Source of the DNA: an uncultured Bacteroidaceae bacterium
GTDB taxonomy: Bacteria; Bacteroidota; Bacteroidia; Bacteroidales; SM23-62
DNA length: 64,000 nt
Direction: 5' to 3'
NCBI GenBank assembly: GCA_964420035.1
Contig: CAYQQR010000009.1
Span: 32,055-96,054, forward strand
The notes under the pieces were generated by a model. That model was not told where the DNA came from. It worked only from the letters and a program-made list of their open reading frames with translations, and made no database searches. The translations under genes were made by a program, and so were the position numbers. This document shows, in pieces, positions 30,112 to 39,906 of this stretch (position 1 is the first letter of the stretch; every line of letters begins with the position of its first letter).

Positions 30112-31542
30112 ATGACTAAATATTTTATCGTTCTTATCCTGTTCTTTGCTCTGCCCTTATACTCTTTTACCCAGGATATCCCGAAGAATGACTGGGATAC
30201 AAGTTATTTTGAGCCCGGGGATGACGACTTTAATCTGATACTGGCCAGCGAACGGGGTAATCTGAAAGCCGTTAAGTTCCTTTTGGATCGGGGCGCTTAC
30301 GTGAATGCCATGACTATGGACCGGGTTACGGCCCTGATGTATGCCAGTCAGAACGGTCACCCGGATGTTGCAGAATACCTTATTCAAAACGGGGCCAATA
30401 TAAATGCAATCCCTTTCAATGGAATTACCGCCTTGATAAGTGCTGCACAGCAAGGTCACAGGGAGATGGTGGACCTGTTGATCAATAATGATGCTGTTTT
30501 GGATGCGCGGGATGATTTTGGGGCTACGGCCCTGATGTATGCTTCAGCTTATAATTATGTCAGGATTGTAGAAAGTTTGCTGCATTCGGGAGCCAGTTTG
30601 GATACTTCTGATTATCAAGGAACGCGTGCAGAACATGCTGCTGCGTATGGGAACAGTCTGGAATCCCTGCAGGTCTTGTTGGAATGGGGCGGACAGGTCG
30701 ATTGTGAGGATAAACCGGGTAATACACCGCTCGTGCTGGCTGCTCAGGAAGGACATGTAGAAATGGCAAAGTACTTAATTGGGCAGGGCGCAAAAATTGA
30801 TCATACCAACACAGGAGGGATGTCCCCTTTGGCTACCGCAGTAAATAATGGGAACGAAGTTATGGTTGACTTTTTGCTGGAAAAGGGTGCAGATCCAAAG
30901 AGAAAAATCAGTCCTGCCAAAAATATCTATAGCCTTGCCCTGGAAAGCAACGAACCCATGATCATTGAAAGGCTGGATTATTATGATGTTAAGCCGAACA
31001 GGGTCCCGGCTTTTACCTATTTGACAACCGGAATAATACAAAATTTCAATTTCTGGGATATTTTATTCGGTCCGCGGGTAGGCCTACATGACACCAAATA
31101 TAATTTACGTGTCGAAACCGGTTTTCAATTCAGGCCCTGGGCCAAACGGATTCTTATTGACAGGGATGAAAATATCTCGTACCAGTACTGGGAGCGCAGG
31201 TACAATATAGGAGGAGCAATATTCAAAGATTTTGATCTGTCAAATATTTCGAACAAGAATTACGGTCTTTATACCGGGGTACAGGTGAACTATTCGTTCA
31301 GGCGTTATCGGGGGATCGGCGACCATCCTTCTGATCAGTTTATTTTTTCACCTGCTGCAGGTGTTTTCCTCCGTCTGGACAAACAGTTCGATTTTCGGCT
31401 GGGATACCAGTACCTTGATTTTGGCACATATAAAGTCTCCCCGCACAGGATCAATCTCGGATTTACATATTATTTAAATTTGCTGAAGAAGAAGTTTGAA
31501 AACACGATAATAAGATGGTACCAACCCGGCGGCTCAGGATAA
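30112..31542 (+). CDS. secreted ankyrin-repeat protein fused to a predicted outer-membrane beta-barrel-like C-terminal domain
   Basis: Signal peptide, then about 7 ankyrin repeats (G.T.L..A...GH...V..LL..GA). The C-terminal ~190 aa has alternating-hydrophobic strands ending RINLGFTYYL. Confidence 0.7.
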   Translation: MTKYFIVLILFFALPLYSFTQDIPKNDWDTSYFEPGDDDFNLILASERGNLKAVKFLLDRGAYVNAMTMDRVTALMYASQNGHPDVAEYLIQNGANINAIPFNGITALISAAQQGHREMVDLLINNDAVLDARDDFGATALMYASAYNYVRIVESLLHSGASLDTSDYQGTRAEHAAAYGNSLESLQVLLEWGGQVDCEDKPGNTPLVLAAQEGHVEMAKYLIGQGAKIDHTNTGGMSPLATAVNNGNEVMVDFLLEKGADPKRKISPAKNIYSLALESNEPMIIERLDYYDVKPNRVPAFTYLTTGIIQNFNFWDILFGPRVGLHDTKYNLRVETGFQFRPWAKRILIDRDENISYQYWERRYNIGGAIFKDFDLSNISNKNYGLYTGVQVNYSFRRYRGIGDHPSDQFIFSPAAGVFLRLDKQFDFRLGYQYLDFGTYKVSPHRINLGFTYYLNLLKKKFENTIIRWYQPGGSG

Positions 31543-31553
31543 TAACCGGATTA

Positions 31554-31982
31554 ATGCTCAAGCAGCTCATCCTTGTTTTGTTAGCAGGACTATGGGCATG
31601 TGACGAGTATATTGGTTTTTCGGTTGATTGCAGCGAATGCATTTCAATAAAACCGGACAGTGCCAATTTGATCATTGAACTGTCCATAACCGAAGAATAT
31701 CCTGAAGTAGCAGTGAAAATTTTTTCCGGCGAAATTGAAGGCGAAATTGAAAAGGATTTTATCTTGTATGAGGATAAAGTCTCAGAATCACCCTATTATG
31801 CATTTGTTCCTGTCGACAAGTTTTATTCCGTTGAGGCGGTTTATGAAAAAGCTTCCGGGGAAAAGATTCTTGCCTATGACGGAGATAAGCTGAAAGTAAA
31901 ACATGTTCCCGAGGCTTGTGACGTTGAATGTTGGATTGTGACCGGGGGTGAATTGGATACGCGATTGAAATACGACAAATAA
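31554..31982 (+). CDS. hypothetical lipoprotein
   Basis: Lipobox LAGLWAC at the internal ATG. 142 aa, no recognised family. Confidence 0.55.
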   Translation: MLKQLILVLLAGLWACDEYIGFSVDCSECISIKPDSANLIIELSITEEYPEVAVKIFSGEIEGEIEKDFILYEDKVSESPYYAFVPVDKFYSVEAVYEKASGEKILAYDGDKLKVKHVPEACDVECWIVTGGELDTRLKYDK

Positions 31983-32009
31983 TCACTTTGTACCCGAGTT
32001 CGTTCTTTT

Positions 32010-32582
32010 ATGCATCAGGAAAAGAACCAGGAGATAATTAAAGGTTTTATCGAGAATGACAATACCGTCCTGACCCGGGTATACCATGAATATTATCCAT
32101 TTGTAGAGAGATTGATCCTGAATGCCTATGGGGATAAAGATGCTGCCCGTGAGATTTTCCATCAAAGCCTGATGATCATTTACCAAAGGATTCAGAAGGC
32201 GCCCCTGGTGCTGGGTTGTGCGTTTTCAACTTATTTGTATGCCATAGCAAGGAATTTGTGGTATAAAGAATTGAAGGAAAGAAGCAGGTTTGTCGGGATC
32301 CAGCATGGAAATGAACCTGCAGCAACATACATCAGTCTGGATGCAGAACAAATCCAGCGAAGGGATAAAATCCTGGAATTTCACCTTTCAAAATTGAGTA
32401 AAGACTGTCAAAAAATTCTGGAAATGCATTTTTCCGGGAAAACACTGGCTGATATTTGCACCGTTTTAGGATATAGAGATGTACACTATGCATCTGACAG
32501 AAAATACAGGTGCAGAAAAAGTCTTATGAACAGGATCCGGAAGGATCCGGAATATCAAGCATTAAAAGATGAGTTACGATAA
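32010..32582 (+). CDS. sigma-70 family (ECF-like) RNA polymerase sigma factor
   Basis: 190 aa. Region-2-like segment (FSTYLYAIARNLWYKELKE) and a region-4 HTH-like segment (GKTLADICTVLGY). Confidence 0.75.
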   Translation: MHQEKNQEIIKGFIENDNTVLTRVYHEYYPFVERLILNAYGDKDAAREIFHQSLMIIYQRIQKAPLVLGCAFSTYLYAIARNLWYKELKERSRFVGIQHGNEPAATYISLDAEQIQRRDKILEFHLSKLSKDCQKILEMHFSGKTLADICTVLGYRDVHYASDRKYRCRKSLMNRIRKDPEYQALKDELR

Positions 32583-33411
32583 GGAAATACAGGATTATCT
32601 GGAGGGCCGGTTATCCCCGGAAGAGGAAGAGGAATTCAGAAAACGCCTTTCTGCCGACAGGATGCTGAAGCGCTTGTATGAAGAATACCTCACGTTAAAC
32701 CGGCATCTCAGGGATTATTATAAAAGGAAGAAAGTAAAAGATGAAGGGCCAGGGGAAGGTGAGGACCTTGCCAGGGAGAGCATAGCTGAATATGAGAAGG
32801 AAGGACAGAAGAAAGAATCTGCACCGGAGATGGATCGTTTCAATCAGCGATTGAGACTCATTGAAAAGGACTTCCATTCCGTATATTCCCGCAGGGTTGA
32901 CCGGCAGCGAAGGAGGTTCATTTATTGGATGGCCGCTGCCCTGGTGGTAGCTATAATCGGGTCTTATTTGCTGGTATTCAGTCATGAGGACCCGGGAAAG
33001 CGGATGTTTACCCAGAATTATGATGGTTTCAGTCCGGGGGATTTTGAGCATAGCAGGGTACGTGGTGACCGGAATGTCCGGTTTCTGGAATTGTACAGGA
33101 ACGAAGAGTATGGGGAAATGATCACCCTTTTCGAAGCATTCGGAACCAACAGCCGTTTTGTTCGATACCTGACCGCGCACGCCTTCATTGCTGAAGAAAA
33201 ATATGAGTCTGCAAAGCTGCTCCTGGATTCCATGCCTGAAGGTTCTGATATGCTCCAGCCTCATATATACTGGAATTTAGCTCTTCTGGAACTCCGGGAT
33301 GGTGATTGGGAGCGGGCAGCGTTCCACCTGGAAAAACTTGTAAGAACCGGGGGACCATATGCTGCCCGGGCCCGTAATCTGCTGCGAAAAGTGAAACGGC
33401 AGATTGATTAA
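32569..33411 (+). CDS. membrane-anchored TPR-like protein, putative anti-sigma/regulatory partner
   Basis: Overlaps the sigma gene by 14 nt. N-terminus DYLEGRLSPEEEEEF (anti-sigma-like but lacking HxxxCxxC), one TM helix (FIYWMAAALVVAIIGSYLLVF), and a helical-repeat C-terminus. Confidence 0.55.
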   Translation: MSYDKEIQDYLEGRLSPEEEEEFRKRLSADRMLKRLYEEYLTLNRHLRDYYKRKKVKDEGPGEGEDLARESIAEYEKEGQKKESAPEMDRFNQRLRLIEKDFHSVYSRRVDRQRRRFIYWMAAALVVAIIGSYLLVFSHEDPGKRMFTQNYDGFSPGDFEHSRVRGDRNVRFLELYRNEEYGEMITLFEAFGTNSRFVRYLTAHAFIAEEKYESAKLLLDSMPEGSDMLQPHIYWNLALLELRDGDWERAAFHLEKLVRTGGPYAARARNLLRKVKRQID

Positions 33412-33444
33412 TTTTTTTTATTTTTAGCCAATAAGCCTGCACAT

Positions 33445-35631
33445 ATGCCTTCCTTTCCGTTTTTTAAACAACTGGATGCCAAAGATTGCGGGCCCACCTG
33501 CCTGAGGATGCTTGCAAAATATTACGGGAAGAATTATTCCCTTCAGACCCTGAGGGATAAAAGCTACATATCCCGTGAAGGCGTATCCATGCTGAGTATC
33601 AGTGAAGCTGCCGAATCAATCGGCTTCAGAACGGTGGGCGTGAGCGTCGATTTTGATAAGCTTGCAGAAGCTCCCTTACCGGCTATTGTACATTGGAAGC
33701 AACGCCATTTCGTCGTGGTTTACAAGATACAAAAAGATAAGGTATGGGTGGCTGATCCGGCTTTTGGAACGATTAAATACAGCTACGAAGAATTCATTCG
33801 TCACTGGGCAAGTACCGAAAAAGAAGGCAAAAAAGCAGGTATGGTCCTCCTGCTTGAACCCACGCCCGATTTTTACAAGGAGCCGGGAGAAAAGCTGAAA
33901 AAAACGAATTTCAGGTTTTTATTCTCCTACCTTAAACCTTATCGTAAGTTCCTTTTCCAGCTGCTCCTGGTGATGCTGGTGGGAAGCATTATTCAGCTAA
34001 TATTGCCCTTTCTGACCCAGTCCATCGTTGATTTTGGTATCAATAACCAGGATATCGCGTTCATTTACCTGATCCTCATTTTCCAGTTTGTATTCATCCT
34101 CAGTCGAATGATGGTGGATTTTGTGAGAGGATGGATCCTGTTGCATTTAAGTACCCGGGTGAATATTTCCCTGATCTCTGATTTTCTGGTTAAAATGATG
34201 CGGCTCTCACTGGGTTTCTTTGACGTAAAGCTGATCGGGGATATTCTCCAGCGAATCGGGGACCATCGAAGAATAGAATCCTTTTTAACTGTTTCTTCGC
34301 TTAATATACTCTTTTCCATGATCAACCTGCTGGTCTTTGGCATCGTGCTGGCTCTATACAATCTCAAGATCCTGATAATCTTTATCCTGGGGAGTACCTT
34401 GTATTTTCTCTGGATAAATTTTTTCATGAAGCGCAGGAGAGCATTGGATCACAGGCGTTTTTCACAGCTTTCGGATAACCAAACCGCTGTTATCCAGTTG
34501 ATACAGGGAATTCAGGATATTAAACTCAATCACGCCGAAAAGCGTAAAAGGTGGGAATGGGAGAATATACAGGCCGGATTGTTCCGGATCAATGTCAAGA
34601 CCCTTTCCTTAAATCAATATCAACAGGCCGGTGGGATATTCATCAATGAAGCAAAGAACGTGCTGATCACCTTTATCGCAGCCGTTGCCGTGGTCAACGG
34701 CAATATGACCCTGGGTATGATGCTCGCCGTATCCTATATCATCGGTCAGCTCAACAGTCCCATTGAGCAGATGATTAATTTCCTGCATGCATCCCAGGAT
34801 GCTAAGATCAGCCTGGAGCGTCTGGGTGAGATCCATGAGCTGGATGATGAGGACAAAGATAAACCCGCGGGCTTTTTCATGCTCCCTGAAGATAAAAGCA
34901 TCCGTATCAAAGAACTTTCCTTCCAATATGAAGGCCCGTATTCACGTAAGGTCCTTGAGGATATCAATTTGGAGATACCCGGGAACAAAGTTACCGCCAT
35001 CGTCGGGAACAGCGGAAGCGGTAAAACCACATTGATCAAATTATTGTTGTCTTTCTATCCTCCTGTTAAGGGAGAGATCGGTGTTGGCGATACCCGCCTG
35101 AACGTCATGAACCCAATGCAGTGGCGCTCCCATTGCGGGGTGGTAATGCAGGATGGTTACTTGTTTTCCGACACCATTGCCAGGAATATTGCCATGGCTG
35201 AAGAGGAAATAGATAAGGAAAAACTGATGCAGGCCGTGCGTATTGCCAACATTCACGGGTTTATTGAACAGTTGCCCATGGGTTATAATACCATGGTCGG
35301 CCAAAAAGGTCAAAGTCTGAGCGGAGGAGAAAAGCAGAGAATCCTTATTGCCAGGGCGGTGTACAAGAATCCGGACTTTCTTTTTATCGATGAAGGGACG
35401 AGTTCACTGGATGCCAATAATGAACGGGTGATCATGGATAATTTGAAGGAGTTTTTTAAAGGTAAAACTGTAATCGTTGTGGCACACCGGCTCAGTACGG
35501 TCAAAGATGCCGACCAGATTGCCGTTTTGGAAAAGGGTCAATTGGTTGAGTTGGGCCATCACGAGGAACTCAGTAAGAAAAAAGGACCCTATTACCACCT
35601 GGTCAAGAACCAACTGGAATTTGGAGCATAA
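33445..35631 (+). CDS. peptidase-C39-domain ABC transporter (bacteriocin/double-glycine peptide exporter type)
   Basis: N-terminal C39 domain with Cys (QLDAKDCGPTCL), His (HWKQRHFVVV) and Asp (VADP). Six TM helices. NBD with Walker A (GNSGSGKTT), signature (LSGGEKQR) and Walker B (LFIDEGTSSLD). Confidence 0.92.
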   Translation: MPSFPFFKQLDAKDCGPTCLRMLAKYYGKNYSLQTLRDKSYISREGVSMLSISEAAESIGFRTVGVSVDFDKLAEAPLPAIVHWKQRHFVVVYKIQKDKVWVADPAFGTIKYSYEEFIRHWASTEKEGKKAGMVLLLEPTPDFYKEPGEKLKKTNFRFLFSYLKPYRKFLFQLLLVMLVGSIIQLILPFLTQSIVDFGINNQDIAFIYLILIFQFVFILSRMMVDFVRGWILLHLSTRVNISLISDFLVKMMRLSLGFFDVKLIGDILQRIGDHRRIESFLTVSSLNILFSMINLLVFGIVLALYNLKILIIFILGSTLYFLWINFFMKRRRALDHRRFSQLSDNQTAVIQLIQGIQDIKLNHAEKRKRWEWENIQAGLFRINVKTLSLNQYQQAGGIFINEAKNVLITFIAAVAVVNGNMTLGMMLAVSYIIGQLNSPIEQMINFLHASQDAKISLERLGEIHELDDEDKDKPAGFFMLPEDKSIRIKELSFQYEGPYSRKVLEDINLEIPGNKVTAIVGNSGSGKTTLIKLLLSFYPPVKGEIGVGDTRLNVMNPMQWRSHCGVVMQDGYLFSDTIARNIAMAEEEIDKEKLMQAVRIANIHGFIEQLPMGYNTMVGQKGQSLSGGEKQRILIARAVYKNPDFLFIDEGTSSLDANNERVIMDNLKEFFKGKTVIVVAHRLSTVKDADQIAVLEKGQLVELGHHEELSKKKGPYYHLVKNQLEFGA

Positions 35632-35632
35632 T

Positions 35633-36934
35633 ATGGTTGAAGAAAAAGAAAAAAGGGATAAGATACAGGTTAAAAGCGATGAGGTCCAGGATATCCTGGG
35701 CCAGGTTCCCGGATGGATCCCCCGGCGGGGAGCAATTATTATCGCTGTTTTTGTTCTGCTTATCCTTCTTTTTACTTTTGTTTTCCGTTACCCCGATACC
35801 CGCGTTGCAGAGATAGTCATCACCACCGAGATCTCACCTGCTCCAATCGTAGCGCGGGCCAGCGGTAAACTGGAACGGCTGTTTACGGCTGAAAAAGATA
35901 CGGTACAACCCGGTACCACACTGGGGGTGATAGAAAATCCGGCAAGTTTTGAAAGTGTGCAAAAATTAAAAAGCCGGATATCACAAACTGACCGGGGCAT
36001 GATACTCAGCCCGGATTCATTTTTGATACGGGACCTAGGAGAGATACAATCGGCCTATGCAGCTTATGTGAAGGCTTTCCGTGATCTCGGAAATTTCATA
36101 CAACTGGATTATCACAGCCGCAAGATTGAATCCCTGAGCTCAGAGATCAATCAGTATAAGGAATACCTGAATACAGTGAAGCAGCAACTTTCCATACTGG
36201 AACAGGATTATGGGATTGCCAGAAATCAGTTTGAACGGGATTCACTTCTTTTTGCACGTGAAGTTATTCCCAGGGCCAATTTTGATCAATCCAGGGCAGA
36301 GCTGCTTCAAAAACAACTGGTGGTGGAAGATGCCCGGGTCAAGATTTCCACTACAAAGATAGAGATCAGCAAACTGGAGCAGAAAATCCTGGATATGAGC
36401 CTGCAGCGACAGGACGAATCCAAAAAGCTTGAGAATGCCATGCAGGAGGCTTATGATAAGTTACGAGGTGAAATATCCATATGGGAAAAGAAATATTTGC
36501 TTATATCCCCTGTCGAGGGTGTGGTTACCTTCAATCGTTTCTGGAGCCCGAACCAAAATGTGTCCCTTGGCGATAAGGTCATGACCCTTATTCCCCTGCA
36601 TCCGGGAGAAATCATCGGGAAGGTCAAACTTCCCCAGGAAGGTGCAGGCAAAGTGGAGGTGGGGCAGACCGTAAATATTCGGCTCAGTGATTATCCCCAT
36701 ATGGAGTTTGGTATGTTGCGGGGGATCATCCGGGGCATATCCCTGGTTGCCGAGGAAAACGCTTATTCCGTCGAGGTCACCCTTCCGGACGGACTCGTCA
36801 CATACTACGACAAGGAAATTGAATTCACCCAGGAACTGAGCGGAAGAGCAGAGATCCTTACCGATAAGCGGAAACTGATAGAAAGGATTGTGGATCCGAT
36901 CCGTTCCGTTATTTCAGAACAACAAAATCTTTGA
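35633..36934 (+). CDS. HlyD-family secretion (membrane fusion) protein
   Basis: ATG lies 2 nt after the ABC stop. N-terminal TM helix, a long coiled-coil region and a C-terminal beta domain. The track ORF starting at 35477 is an artefactual N-terminal extension overlapping the ABC gene. Confidence 0.85.
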   Translation: MVEEKEKRDKIQVKSDEVQDILGQVPGWIPRRGAIIIAVFVLLILLFTFVFRYPDTRVAEIVITTEISPAPIVARASGKLERLFTAEKDTVQPGTTLGVIENPASFESVQKLKSRISQTDRGMILSPDSFLIRDLGEIQSAYAAYVKAFRDLGNFIQLDYHSRKIESLSSEINQYKEYLNTVKQQLSILEQDYGIARNQFERDSLLFAREVIPRANFDQSRAELLQKQLVVEDARVKISTTKIEISKLEQKILDMSLQRQDESKKLENAMQEAYDKLRGEISIWEKKYLLISPVEGVVTFNRFWSPNQNVSLGDKVMTLIPLHPGEIIGKVKLPQEGAGKVEVGQTVNIRLSDYPHMEFGMLRGIIRGISLVAEENAYSVEVTLPDGLVTYYDKEIEFTQELSGRAEILTDKRKLIERIVDPIRSVISEQQNL

Positions 36935-36979
36935 AGTTCCTTAGTTCAATAGAGTAACGCGAGGGCAAAGATTTTGACC

Positions 36980-38311
36980 CTATCTGGCTAATTGGGTGAG
37001 AATGGCTTCGTACAGCTCCTGTTTTCCTGAGATCATATCCGGTTCTCCTTTTTCCAGGGCGATCTGGCGCATGTCCTCCAGGCTGAGTTTTCCTTCTTCG
37101 AACTCTTTTCCTTTTCCCAGGTCAAAGCTGGCATATCTTTCCTTTCGCATCTTTTTGCAGGGGCTGTGCTGCAGGATGGTATCCGCGGCCATCAGGGCCC
37201 TCGTGAAGGTATCCATACCTGCAATATGGGCAATGAAAAGATCTTCCAGGTCGGTGCTGTTCCTGCGCAATTTGGCATCGAAATTAACCCCACCGGTTTT
37301 AAACCCTCCGGCTTCCAGGATCACCAGCATGGCCTCGGTCAATTCATATACATTGATGGGAAACTGGTCGGTATCCCAGCCATTCTGGTAATCCCCACGA
37401 TTGGCATCAATGCTTCCCAGCAGACCGGCATCCGCGGCAACTTGCAGCTCGTGCTGGAAAGTATGACCGGCCAGGGTGGCGTGGTTGACTTCAATATTCA
37501 GTTTAAAATCCTTATCCAGACCGTAGTGTCTCAGGAAACCCACGACGGTGGCCGCGTCATAATCATATTGATGTTTGGTGGGTTCCATGGGTTTGGGCTC
37601 TATCAAAAGGGTTCCTTTGAATCCCTGCTTCCGTGCATAGTCGCGGGCCATGTGCAGAAACCGTGCTAAATGATCCTGTTCTCTTTTCATATCGGTATTC
37701 AACAGCGACATATAGCCTTCCCGTCCTCCCCAGAAAACATAGTTCTGGCCGTCCAGGGCTATGGTGGCATCCAGGGCATTCTTCACCTGGGTAGCTGCGC
37801 GGGTGATCACATGGAAATCGGGATTGGTGGCGGCGCCGTTCATATACCTGGGGTGGGAAAACAGGTTGGCTGTTCCCCACAGGAGTTTGACCCCGGTGGC
37901 CTCCTGTTTCTCTTTGGCGAGTTTAACCATCGACTGCAATCTTTCTTCGGATTCTTTGATGCCGGAGCCTTCTTCAACCATATCAAAATCGTGAAAGCAG
38001 TAAAAGGGAATACCCATCTTGGTGATGAATTCAAAAGCGGCATCCATTTTAGCCCTGGCTCGTTCCATGGGATCATTGCTGACAGCCCAGGGAAAGAATT
38101 TTGTGCCTTCCCCAAAAGGGTCCCCGCCGGTTGCCGTGAAGGAATGCCAGTAGGCTACCGCGAAGCGAAAAAATTCTTTCAAACTCTTTCCGGCAACCAC
38201 CTTGTTCTCGTCGTAATACTTGAAAGCCAAAGGATTATCCGAATCTTTGCCTTCATACTTTATTTTCCCCGTGAAGGGAAAATATTCTTTATTACCGGTG
38301 TAATAATCCAT
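36980..38311 (-). CDS. xylA: xylose isomerase
   Basis: 443 aa. The N-terminus [24 protein letters not shown] and the FCFHD, WGGREG and LLIEPKP motifs. Confidence 0.95.
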   Translation of the reverse strand: MDYYTGNKEYFPFTGKIKYEGKDSDNPLAFKYYDENKVVAGKSLKEFFRFAVAYWHSFTATGGDPFGEGTKFFPWAVSNDPMERARAKMDAAFEFITKMGIPFYCFHDFDMVEEGSGIKESEERLQSMVKLAKEKQEATGVKLLWGTANLFSHPRYMNGAATNPDFHVITRAATQVKNALDATIALDGQNYVFWGGREGYMSLLNTDMKREQDHLARFLHMARDYARKQGFKGTLLIEPKPMEPTKHQYDYDAATVVGFLRHYGLDKDFKLNIEVNHATLAGHTFQHELQVAADAGLLGSIDANRGDYQNGWDTDQFPINVYELTEAMLVILEAGGFKTGGVNFDAKLRRNSTDLEDLFIAHIAGMDTFTRALMAADTILQHSPCKKMRKERYASFDLGKGKEFEEGKLSLEDMRQIALEKGEPDMISGKQELYEAILTQLAR

Positions 38312-38333
38312 AGTGTTTTAATGATTTAGCTGT

Positions 38334-39812
38334 TTATATTTCCATTTCTTTTTTCCATAGTGCAAAGGTTTCGCGACAGACCTCCTCCTGGGCCGGGTCA
38401 GGTTCAATGATTTCCTTAAATTCAAGCTGCTCAATTGCTTCCCCGGGGGAATGATAAATACCGGCTCCGATTCCTGCACCCAGGGCAGCTCCACGGGAAC
38501 CGTCGGTGTTGTAAAGCTTTATGGTGGCTCCGGTAAGAGATGCCAGGGTTTGCCTGAAGACCGGACTCAGGAAAAGGTTGGCCTGACCGGCACGGATCAC
38601 CTTGTAGTTGATCTCCAGGCCCTTCATGATCTCCATGCCGTATTTAAAGGAATAAGCAATACCTTCCTGCCCGGAACGAATGAGATGCGGGGTCCGATGA
38701 ATATTGAAATTAAGTTTCTTTATGGTGGCTCCGGGGTCCTGGTTCTTAAGCATTCTTTCCGCTCCGTTGCCGAAGGGATAAAACAAAAGGCCTTCCGAAC
38801 CTGCAGGGGCCCGGGCCGACAGCTCGTTCATCTCAGGATAACTCAGCAGGCTCTTTCCGATCTGCCGTTTCAACCAACTGTACAAAATACCGGTACCGTT
38901 GATGCAAAGAAGCACACCCAGCCTGTTTTGTTCCCGGGTATGATTGACATGGGCAAAGGTGTTGACCCTGGATTCCGGGTCGTATTTCACTTTTTCACTG
39001 ACACCGTATACAACACCCGAGGTTCCAGCCGTGGCAGCTACCTCTCCGGGATGCATGACCCCCAAAGAAAAAGCATTGTTGGACTGATCCCCGGCACGGT
39101 AGGATACGGGTGTTCCTGGATGCAGACCCAGTTCTTGCGCCGCGATTTCGGTTAGTTTTCCGTGTAAAGAAAAAACAGGAACAATTTCCGGAATGATGTC
39201 TTCCTTGAAGCCATAATGCTCCAGCAGGAAAGAAGCAAGGCGGTTTTCTTTGAAATCCCATAAGATCCCCTCAGAAAGACCCGAAATGGTGGTATTCATT
39301 TCGCCGGTCATCCGGTAGGCAATATAGTCGCCGGGAAGCATAATTTTGTGGACTTTTTCTGCCACTTCCGGTTCGTTCTCTTTGACCCATCTGAGCTTGG
39401 AAGCGGTGAAATTACCCGGGGAGTTCAGAAGATGTTCCAGGCAATGGACCGGTCCAAGGGACTGAAAGGCTTTATCCCCGATTTCAACGGCCCGGCTGTC
39501 GCACCAGATGATAGCGGGACGGACCACCAGGCCGTCCTGGTCGACAGGCACCAGACCGTGCATCTGGTAGGATATCCCTATGGCCTTGATATCTGAAGGT
39601 GCTATTCGCGCATCCTGCAATACTTTTTGTGTGGAAAGCTTAAGGTTTTTCCACCACAGGTCAGGATGCTGTTCAGCCCAACCCGGCCTGGGGGCATCGA
39701 TGGGCATTTCATCCCCGGGGAAAAAAGCACTGGCCATGGTTTTACCACCGGATGCATCAACCAGGGAAGCTTTGACTGAAGAACTGCCGATATCATAACC
39801 CAAAAGCATCAT
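38334..39812 (-). CDS. xylB: xylulokinase (FGGY family)
   Basis: LGYDIGSSSVKASL N-terminus, 492 aa, adjacent to xylA. Confidence 0.85.
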   Translation of the reverse strand: MMLLGYDIGSSSVKASLVDASGGKTMASAFFPGDEMPIDAPRPGWAEQHPDLWWKNLKLSTQKVLQDARIAPSDIKAIGISYQMHGLVPVDQDGLVVRPAIIWCDSRAVEIGDKAFQSLGPVHCLEHLLNSPGNFTASKLRWVKENEPEVAEKVHKIMLPGDYIAYRMTGEMNTTISGLSEGILWDFKENRLASFLLEHYGFKEDIIPEIVPVFSLHGKLTEIAAQELGLHPGTPVSYRAGDQSNNAFSLGVMHPGEVAATAGTSGVVYGVSEKVKYDPESRVNTFAHVNHTREQNRLGVLLCINGTGILYSWLKRQIGKSLLSYPEMNELSARAPAGSEGLLFYPFGNGAERMLKNQDPGATIKKLNFNIHRTPHLIRSGQEGIAYSFKYGMEIMKGLEINYKVIRAGQANLFLSPVFRQTLASLTGATIKLYNTDGSRGAALGAGIGAGIYHSPGEAIEQLEFKEIIEPDPAQEEVCRETFALWKKEMEI

Positions 39813-39906
39813 GTTAAATCTTTTTAATTTAAATCCGTTCTTAATAAGTGGAATATGCGATTTATGATGAACATGGACCTGTGAATATACTAATTTTGTA
39901 AGGTAT

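Noticed and set aside
29903-30119. Candidate double-glycine leader peptides upstream of the exporter block (17-aa MVKINIPLINSAIGGRV at 29903-29956; 41-aa MENVALAKQNNLSVHEQ… at 29994-30119)
   Set aside because: The first leaves only two residues after GG. The second has no GG motif and overlaps the ankyrin gene start. Neither has a convincing RBS or leader consensus.
32695-33264. 189-aa minus-strand ORF inside the TPR/anti-sigma-like gene, and similar antisense ORFs at 11969-12535, 40393-40965, 49228-49779 and 58691-59170
   Set aside because: All overlap stronger sense-strand genes and carry no recognisable domains. Treated as spurious.
35477-35632. N-terminal 52-codon extension of the HlyD ORF in the track
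   Set aside because: It overlaps the ABC transporter NBD in another frame. A proper ATG (35633) sits 2 nt after the ABC stop and gives a normal HlyD N-terminus with a TM helix.
37166-39155. Plus-strand ORFs 37166-37669, 37670-38329 and 38451-39155, antisense to xylA/xylB
   Set aside because: Shadow ORFs. xylA and xylB on the minus strand have unmistakable family motifs, and the antisense products are featureless.
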